From: Barthelona sp. PAP020
Taxonomy: Eukaryota
Reading direction: 5' to 3'
NCBI GenBank assembly: GCA_040182905.1
Contig: JARQWU010000035.1
Location: forward strand, 1 to 58,172
Length of the DNA stretch: 58,172 nt
Shown here: positions 51,657 through 58,172 of the stretch, piece after piece
Layout: each line of letters starts with the position of its first letter
Position numbering within the stretch: position 1 is the stretch's first letter
Translations under genes and position numbers: made by a program
Notes under the pieces: generated by a model
The model's database searches: none
What the model was told of the DNA's origin: nothing
The model's input: the letters and a program-made list of their open reading frames with translations, nothing else

Positions 51657-54161
51657 ATGTCCAACATATCCCAAAATATATTAAGAAATTTAACAGACCG
51701 AGTTATTGAAAAGAGAAGAACTGGAATTTCAGAAATAGAAAAGAGTGTTGAAGATTTTATTAATCAAGGTGATTTCAATGAAATTAACTTAATGATTGAT
51801 TATTTTACACAAAATTTAATATATTCAACTCAACCAAATATTAGAAAAGGAGGATTATGTTCGTTTATTGGTATTGTTAAAGCTCTAGGCCCTGAAAATT
51901 CATCTAAATTTTTGAATAAAATGCTATATCCAGTTTTTTCATGTTTAACAGATACTGATTTCCAAATTCGATATTCTGCTGCTGAAACTCTTTTTGCTAT
52001 TTTAAAATGGAGTGAATTGGTTACTTTATGTTATTTTCCTGCATTACTGGACAGTCTATTATTGCTCAGTGGTGATCCTGCTGAAGAAGTGGCGCAATCT
52101 TCTGCAATCTTAGAATCTTCTCTTAAATATTTGGTACAAATGGTTTTTTCACAGCAACAAACAGGAAAAACGTTTGATCGTTCCAGGGAATTATCTACTG
52201 TTGAACTTTTCTTTGATAATGTTGTTTTGGTTCAAAATAACGAAGTTGATGTATTTGCTATTGGTTTATCAGCATCTAAAAGCAATTTTACTATGGCTGA
52301 AGAGCCAAAAATACCTTCTTTTAATCAATTATTTTATGATTTTTTACTGGTCTTGTTTCATCGCATAAATTTAGAGAATAGTCGACAGAAAGAAGTATTG
52401 TTGGGATGGTTATCATTTTTTCAACAAAGATTTGAAAAAGGTGCTCCTGTACCACCATCAGAATTTACTTCAGAATTTTTAACTAAAACACAAGATTTTT
52501 CAGAAAAGTATGGAGTTTTTTCTGATATTGTTAGACAAGTCTTCTTTGTCGTTGAAAATAACAGAGAAATAAATTTTTATCCTTTTCTTTCTGTGTTTAT
52601 TGAGCAATTTTTCAACAGTTATTCAGATTCTTCATCGTCCACAACTTATTCGGACAGAATTATTGAAGACATTATCTTAAAACTTGATTCACTTTCTTCA
52701 ATATTAATATATCCTTCAATACCTAATATTCAACGATTATTATCTGTGGAAAATAAGGTTAAAACCATTGAGTTGTTAAATTTGATTTCAATATACATGC
52801 GAAACGCTTTGAATCTTGTCAAAAGAGATAAATCTGAGCATATATTGTTAATTAAGAGTCTGGCCAAGTGTTTGACGATCTTTTTAAACATTTCAGCCAC
52901 GTCAAGCAATTTGGAAGCGCAAGAAATAGCTTTGAAGTTTTGTCAAGATATGTTAATTGAATATGATGAGTTTTTCCGAAACAACCTTTTGAGTTCAAAG
53001 GATATTACTGGATATTTAGATTTGAAATTTTTATCAGTTGAACTTACTGGATTGTTACATTTCCAATTTAAAAAGACCAGTTCAATTGTTTTCAATTGGA
53101 TAGAGTTTCTTTTGAGGGTTTGTCCTAAGAAAATGTTAACTGTTTCAACTATTGTACTTCCTACTTTATTGACTCATGGATTGCAAGACGCACATATTGA
53201 CATCGCAAAAAAGGCATGTTTTATCTTCAGTCTATATGCAAATTTGTCTATTGATTTGTTGGATGTTGTTTTATTTGAAAGTTTAAAAATGACACAATCG
53301 AAGAACATGAAGATTTCGAGATTTACACTCTTTCTGATTCATTTAGGTGACAATTTAGATATTAGTCTTGTCTTGTATCGTTTATTGTTGATATTATGTT
53401 CATTTTCATCCATTGAATCCCAAAGAAATCTATATTCTCAATCTACGGAATATACCTTCAATTTAGAGTTCATGAAAAAGATTGTATCTCAAATTGGAAT
53501 CATTGTTTTTTCGAGTTCAAATTATCAAAATATCAGAAAACTTTTGAGAAACATTTTGCAAAAAATTGAAAATGTCGAAGAATATCAGTGCGAAGACGTT
53601 GTTAATGTTTCACCATCTGATACTTTCAGAATTAATTTGAAAAGGATTTCTTATGATGCTGAAAAAACTGATGAAGTTGCAAAGTGTTGTGTTTGCACAA
53701 AGGTTTCTGCAGAACTGTTGTTTATTAGTCTATATCGTTGTTTCATGATCAACCCTGTTTGGGTTATCACTCTATGTTTGTTTAGTGGATTGTATACTCA
53801 AGCTTTGGATGTTATATACAAATTAGCTGACTATACTTTGACTGAAGAATTGTTTGAAGACCTTGATAAGTTGACTCAGTTGATTGAAAGCCCTGTATTC
53901 ACTCATTTAAGAATTGAATTGGTAAGGAATTCTGACAATGGAAAAGTATTATATAAAACTTTAGCAGCCCTCTTGATGATATTACCTGAATCTGTTAGTT
54001 TCAACAGAATTTATAGGAGACTTTCTGCATTGGTCCCCGTTCATCTTGCAAATTGCCCTGATGATGGTGTTCAAAAATTTCAAGAAATTTGTCCGAATAA
54101 ATCTCTAGAAAAGCAACTTTATAACGAATTCACACAAATAAATGGGATTCTGATGGAATAA
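51657..54161 (+). CDS. VAC14: VAC14, HEAT-repeat scaffold of the PIKfyve/Fab1-FIG4 complex
   Basis: N-terminal LTDRVIEKRR..EIEK..RKGGL..ALG..CLTDTDFQIRYSAAETLF and C-terminal LDKLTQLIESPVFTHLRIEL..LYKTLAALLMILPES..RRL. Confidence 0.92.
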   Translation: MSNISQNILRNLTDRVIEKRRTGISEIEKSVEDFINQGDFNEINLMIDYFTQNLIYSTQPNIRKGGLCSFIGIVKALGPENSSKFLNKMLYPVFSCLTDTDFQIRYSAAETLFAILKWSELVTLCYFPALLDSLLLLSGDPAEEVAQSSAILESSLKYLVQMVFSQQQTGKTFDRSRELSTVELFFDNVVLVQNNEVDVFAIGLSASKSNFTMAEEPKIPSFNQLFYDFLLVLFHRINLENSRQKEVLLGWLSFFQQRFEKGAPVPPSEFTSEFLTKTQDFSEKYGVFSDIVRQVFFVVENNREINFYPFLSVFIEQFFNSYSDSSSSTTYSDRIIEDIILKLDSLSSILIYPSIPNIQRLLSVENKVKTIELLNLISIYMRNALNLVKRDKSEHILLIKSLAKCLTIFLNISATSSNLEAQEIALKFCQDMLIEYDEFFRNNLLSSKDITGYLDLKFLSVELTGLLHFQFKKTSSIVFNWIEFLLRVCPKKMLTVSTIVLPTLLTHGLQDAHIDIAKKACFIFSLYANLSIDLLDVVLFESLKMTQSKNMKISRFTLFLIHLGDNLDISLVLYRLLLILCSFSSIESQRNLYSQSTEYTFNLEFMKKIVSQIGIIVFSSSNYQNIRKLLRNILQKIENVEEYQCEDVVNVSPSDTFRINLKRISYDAEKTDEVAKCCVCTKVSAELLFISLYRCFMINPVWVITLCLFSGLYTQALDVIYKLADYTLTEELFEDLDKLTQLIESPVFTHLRIELVRNSDNGKVLYKTLAALLMILPESVSFNRIYRRLSALVPVHLANCPDDGVQKFQEICPNKSLEKQLYNEFTQINGILME

Positions 54162-54495
54162 ATCTTTCAGCAGAATGTTTTGTGCTGTAAAAGAGTTATT
54201 TTTTTTTTCATTTTCTTGGTTTTAAGAGAACCCAATTAATTATTTTTTTGGATTGTTAATTTTGCATGTATTTGATTGATGAAATGTTTTTGACATTTCT
54301 GTGGAGTTAATAAGATTTCTGCTTCAATTTTATTTTTTGACCTGTTCATCCAATCAAAATATGTTCACTGACTTCGATGTTAACAAAGTGCTTTGCTTAT
54401 TTTCAGCTGAGAAGATTTGTTGAGATTGAAAACATTTCCATTTGAGTTGATAATGTTCTCAATATTTTCATATTAATTTTAGCATTGATCATGAT

Positions 54496-57378
54496 ATGGG
54501 TTATGAGTTTGTTGTGAAAAATAAGGATTTGATTGTTAAACTCATATATTTGTTTAATTATGTTGTTCAAATATTAATTATTTTGAAACCTTTTTTTTCA
54601 TACAAAATATCCTTATTATGTATAATTATATTTTTAATTATTTATTTGATACTATGTAAATTTTCTTTTTATGAGATTATTGGGAATATTCTTTTGGTAA
54701 CTTTTTTTCACATATCATATACAACAGATTTTGCTTTCAATGACTTATTTCTTTATTTTTGTGAGAGTTTTGTCTCATTATTATATTTAAAAAGCGTTGT
54801 ATTAGAGGCGGAACCTCCATTTCCTATTTATGTTGTCTTTGAATATTTGGGATATCCTATAATGTATAAAATATTTGGAATAGATTTTAATTTCAACAAA
54901 GAATTCACATTTGCCCTGTTTAATTTTTTGATTATATTTTTTGCTTATAAATTTCATGTGAGAATTGTTGTTTCTACTGATCTGACATTATTAGATTTAA
55001 ACAATCAGTTAGTAACAGTTTTTTGTGAAATAATGAAGAGTTTTATCTCTAGTTCTGATAGATCTTTGTTGAGTTTATTAAGTGATCAAAATATTGAGTA
55101 TGATTCAATGAGTACCAAGGAATTACTGAAAACATTGGAGAATGAGTATATATTTTCTGTGGATAATGGAGTCATAGCAATTTTACAGTTTGCAACGAGT
55201 GATTTGAAGAATAATCCAATTGATCCAGGAGATAATATAGCAGGTTATTGGGCAACAAGTAATTTGATCACAGAATCTGGTTTTCTATGCTCACTTTTTA
55301 TAGGGTCTCAATTGGTTGTTGTTAAAGATCCCAATTTTCATTTACTTAGGAGAAATCGGTCATGTTCCGTTACAAATGTAAATTTTTTTAATAAAAGGAG
55401 GATGATGAATCATTTTAAAGACACTTTCCATTCTGATAATTTTGAAATGAATCAATCACTTCAGAATGTTGAGATCATTGAAGGTATGTTAGATTTGATT
55501 AAAAAAATTTTCATTTGCACGCCTAAGACCGTAAATTTTAGAGTTGCAGTAAATTATGGAGATTTTTCTATAAATTACTCTTACAGTCATCGATGTAATT
55601 TCACCGTGACTGGAAATGTTGTTGATGAGACAGTTGCTATGTTGTCATATTGTGAAATTGGCGAAATCATTTTACCTGAATGTATTGTCAACAAATTGAT
55701 GTGGGCTAAAGATTTTTTTTTGGTTCAAAAAAACACAAATGATAACTATTATGTTTGTAGTTTGAAGAATTATGAAAAGAATTTGGATAATCATATTGAA
55801 ATGAAAGGATATCAGGAATTTTGTTGTTCAGAAGTAAAAATTAAGACCAATAAAAATGTTAGTTTTCAAGCAATGAAATTAAATCGACCACTGATATTAG
55901 AATTTTCTGAGTTGATAATCAAACAGTTTTCTGATCCTTCGATCCAGGAAAAATCAAATCCTTTAACCCAATATTTAATTGCATACACCACTCACAAATC
56001 GAAACAATTTCACAGAAAGACTTGTTTAAAAATAACGATGTTTCAAACTGTCTTTATGTTATTAGGTCTATTTTTCATTATTTTTATTGGTAATATTAAG
56101 TTAGATGGACTTTTTTTTGCATTATTTTTTTTTCCAAGCACCATTCTGATTTTTCTAACAATGATAAGAAGATTGAACAGAATTTCTGACAGTTTTGATG
56201 AAATTATTGGATTTTTTTTGTGCTTATTTATTCCTATCATGATTCTTATCAAAACCAATTCATTTAAAGTTGGTGATGTTTCGGTTCTATTAGTATTTGT
56301 GTGGGTTTCAATTTTATTAATGAAGCAATTTTCTGTCTCTGTTATCGTTGAGAATAAGATCCGTTTTTTGAACGGAAAAATTTTATTGTTTCTTCCTATA
56401 GTTTTATTTGTATTTGATTTAATTGTGATAAAAGTGTTTTTTGGTAGTTCTATCCAATACGTTTATTCAATTCCTTCATTCATAACTTTCTTTGTTATAT
56501 TGGTTTTTGTTTTAAAAAGTATTGAAAGGAATATTGCTCAATTAAAGAATTGTCAAAATGAATTGAAGAAAATTGAGAAGAAAATATATTATTATTTGCC
56601 AAAGAACTTATTTATTGATGTATTTTTTCAACCGTTGGTAAATAGCAACAGATTAAGTGAAAAGCAAATTCGCAGTGCTGTTCTTTTTGTTATTCATTTG
56701 AAAATTAATTTTCCTTTTGATATTAGTGCAAATGTTGACAGTAAATCAGTTGAGCATCATGACACAGTTGATTTCATATTTCAGAAAATGATTGATGAAG
56801 AATTATCGAATTATAAATCAATAATATCATTTGGTACTCATGGTAACACGTGGTTCTTTTGTTCAACATATGAGAACTTTGGTGATTTGTCTTTTTTAAA
56901 GAAATATAAAAATAGTCTATTTCAAGAGTCAATTCAATTCTTTCAAATATTTGAACCGCTAAAATTTCAATTTAGCTTAAAGAATAAATTGAAAAGAAAA
57001 TTCCAAAATGACGTTAGATTTTTGTCTATGAATCTTATTTCAAACATCAATCTGTCAGTGTTTTTTGGACCTCATATAGTTCCTGTATTCCATTCAGATG
57101 ATTGGATTAACCTTATTAATCTGCTGTTTGCACAAAATACTTTTGGGATCTTTTGTAATACTGATATGCCAAAAATTTATAAGCATGTTTTTTTACTTTT
57201 GAGATGTTACTTTGTCAAATCATCTGTTTCTAAAGACAAAACCAATTTCTTGAAATTTTTCAAAGACTTTGGAATTTCTGCTACTGTTTTTGAATCAAGT
57301 TGCAATTATAAATTTGTAGATGAGCAGGCAATTCATTATAGAAAGAGAATTGCAAAGGTTTCAAAAGTGTTAGAATAG
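54496..57378 (+). CDS. Membrane class III adenylyl/guanylyl cyclase-like protein (TM-C1-TM-C2), degenerate
   Basis: Two hydrophobic blocks, each followed by cyclase-like segments: FRVAVNYG..FTVTGNVVDETVAM..GEIILPE, then EKKIYYYLPKNL, AVLFV and GTHGNTWFFCS. Confidence 0.7.
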   Translation: MGYEFVVKNKDLIVKLIYLFNYVVQILIILKPFFSYKISLLCIIIFLIIYLILCKFSFYEIIGNILLVTFFHISYTTDFAFNDLFLYFCESFVSLLYLKSVVLEAEPPFPIYVVFEYLGYPIMYKIFGIDFNFNKEFTFALFNFLIIFFAYKFHVRIVVSTDLTLLDLNNQLVTVFCEIMKSFISSSDRSLLSLLSDQNIEYDSMSTKELLKTLENEYIFSVDNGVIAILQFATSDLKNNPIDPGDNIAGYWATSNLITESGFLCSLFIGSQLVVVKDPNFHLLRRNRSCSVTNVNFFNKRRMMNHFKDTFHSDNFEMNQSLQNVEIIEGMLDLIKKIFICTPKTVNFRVAVNYGDFSINYSYSHRCNFTVTGNVVDETVAMLSYCEIGEIILPECIVNKLMWAKDFFLVQKNTNDNYYVCSLKNYEKNLDNHIEMKGYQEFCCSEVKIKTNKNVSFQAMKLNRPLILEFSELIIKQFSDPSIQEKSNPLTQYLIAYTTHKSKQFHRKTCLKITMFQTVFMLLGLFFIIFIGNIKLDGLFFALFFFPSTILIFLTMIRRLNRISDSFDEIIGFFLCLFIPIMILIKTNSFKVGDVSVLLVFVWVSILLMKQFSVSVIVENKIRFLNGKILLFLPIVLFVFDLIVIKVFFGSSIQYVYSIPSFITFFVILVFVLKSIERNIAQLKNCQNELKKIEKKIYYYLPKNLFIDVFFQPLVNSNRLSEKQIRSAVLFVIHLKINFPFDISANVDSKSVEHHDTVDFIFQKMIDEELSNYKSIISFGTHGNTWFFCSTYENFGDLSFLKKYKNSLFQESIQFFQIFEPLKFQFSLKNKLKRKFQNDVRFLSMNLISNINLSVFFGPHIVPVFHSDDWINLINLLFAQNTFGIFCNTDMPKIYKHVFLLLRCYFVKSSVSKDKTNFLKFFKDFGISATVFESSCNYKFVDEQAIHYRKRIAKVSKVLE

Positions 57379-57887
57379 TTTGTTTTGATTTATTAAAAAA
57401 AAAATTTTTTTTCTTCTTCTATTGTTTAATTATTTCCAGGCCAAGGAGTGCTGTGCATATAAATGAATAAAAAAGAATTTTTTTTTGGTTTGGATGAAGG
57501 CTTTGAGATCTTATTAATCTGTTGAAAAATTTCAGATTTTCTAGGATAAAGTTTATACATAAAAATTTTGCTTTTGTAAAAATACAAAAAAAAATGGGAG
57601 TGAAGAATTTCAAAAAAATCCTCATACTACTTTGTTGAAATTCCTATTTTGTCCTTTCAATTTTTTTTGGAATGAGTTGTTTATGTTTGTTTAATCTGTA
57701 AATTCTTTTAGTTAATTAATAGCCCAAGCAATTTTTGTGTTCTTTAAAGAAAGTTAAACCAAGATGATAAAAATTATATTTCAAAATTGTTGATGTTTGT
57801 GAATTAATTCATTGAAAGAATAAATTTTATTTCATCACAAGAAGGCTTAAAACATCAAATTTTAAGATTCTAAAAAAGAATTTCATA

Positions 57888-57960
57888 TCCGATATAGTCT
57901 ACTTGGTTAGGATAGTGGGTTTTCACCCCGCAGAACCGGGTTCGAATCCCGGTATCGGAG
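57888..57960 (+). tRNA. tRNA-Glu (anticodon TTC, 57922-57924), intronless
   Basis: Acceptor stem TCCGATA/TATCGGA with discriminator G, anticodon stem GTGGG/CCCGC with loop TTTTCAC, and T arm CCGGG-TTCGAAT-CCCGG. Confidence 0.96.
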
Positions 57961-57969
57961 TTGTTTTTT
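57961..57969 (+). terminator. RNA polymerase III terminator
   Basis: TTGTTTTTT immediately 3' of the tRNA. Confidence 0.75.
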
Positions 57970-57982
57970 ACCAACTTAACCA

Positions 57983-58172
57983 ATGGAAGAGGATCGAGTC
58001 TGGGGTTATCAACTTTCAAAGACAATTCACTTAAGACGAAAGGGCAAAATTAAAGGCTTTAATTTATATTTACTAACTGGGGTTGGGGAAATTACTCCAT
58101 GGTATCTTTGCTGTTTTGGTCAACCGATTCATTTCACGTTAGGTACAAGAAAAGGTATACGAAAGCTTTTAT
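57983..58172 (+). other. Truncated element: 5'-partial ORF (MEEDRVWGYQLSK...) or structured ncRNA
   Basis: The frame from ATG 57983 stays open to the window end (63 codons). The stretch is GC-richer than flanking intergenic DNA and has inverted repeats. Confidence 0.3.

Noticed and set aside
54266..54495. Acceptor-like GCTTATTTTCAG (54406) and ATTAATTTTAG (54482) upstream of the cyclase-like gene
   Set aside because: Donor/acceptor combinations from ATG 54361 give the wrong phase or stops; only weak donors from ATG 54266 fit. RNA-seq is needed.
57419..57625. 68-aa minus-strand ORF
   Set aside because: Low-complexity F/I/K translation of homopolymer-rich intergenic DNA.
58071..58077. Perfect TACTAAC branch-point motif
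   Set aside because: No AG acceptor at a suitable distance and no convincing donor upstream.
1..58172. Alternative genetic code, prokaryotic TTG/GTG starts, CRISPR arrays, transposons
   Set aside because: TAA, TAG and TGA all end long ORFs, conserved proteins end where expected, and genes are eukaryotic with suitable ATGs. No repeat-spacer arrays or transposase/RT motifs were seen.

Overview
This window is AT-rich, gene-dense, intron-poor eukaryotic (protist-like) nuclear DNA read in the standard genetic code; all three stop codons end genes. It holds about 12 protein genes and one tRNA-Glu(TTC). Half the window is one uninterrupted 29.9-kb ORF (9,951 aa) encoding a giant surface protein: signal peptide, >8,000 aa of degenerate autotransporter-passenger-like beta-solenoid modules, DUF1565-like and Pmp-like GGAI repeats, Cys-rich repeats and about 8-9 TM helices. 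Other genes are ARL2, NF-YC, VAC14, a CCZ1/HPS4-like longin protein, a striatin-like WD40 protein, a DEK1-like multi-TM calpain lacking its catalytic triad, a twin-domain membrane pseudo-cyclase and several orphans. NF-YC has a 40-nt intron missed by the ORF track, with a branch point fused to the 3' splice site. Poly-T tracts precede most start codons. No mobile elements or CRISPR arrays were seen. Family calls come from motif recognition by eye, not database searches.
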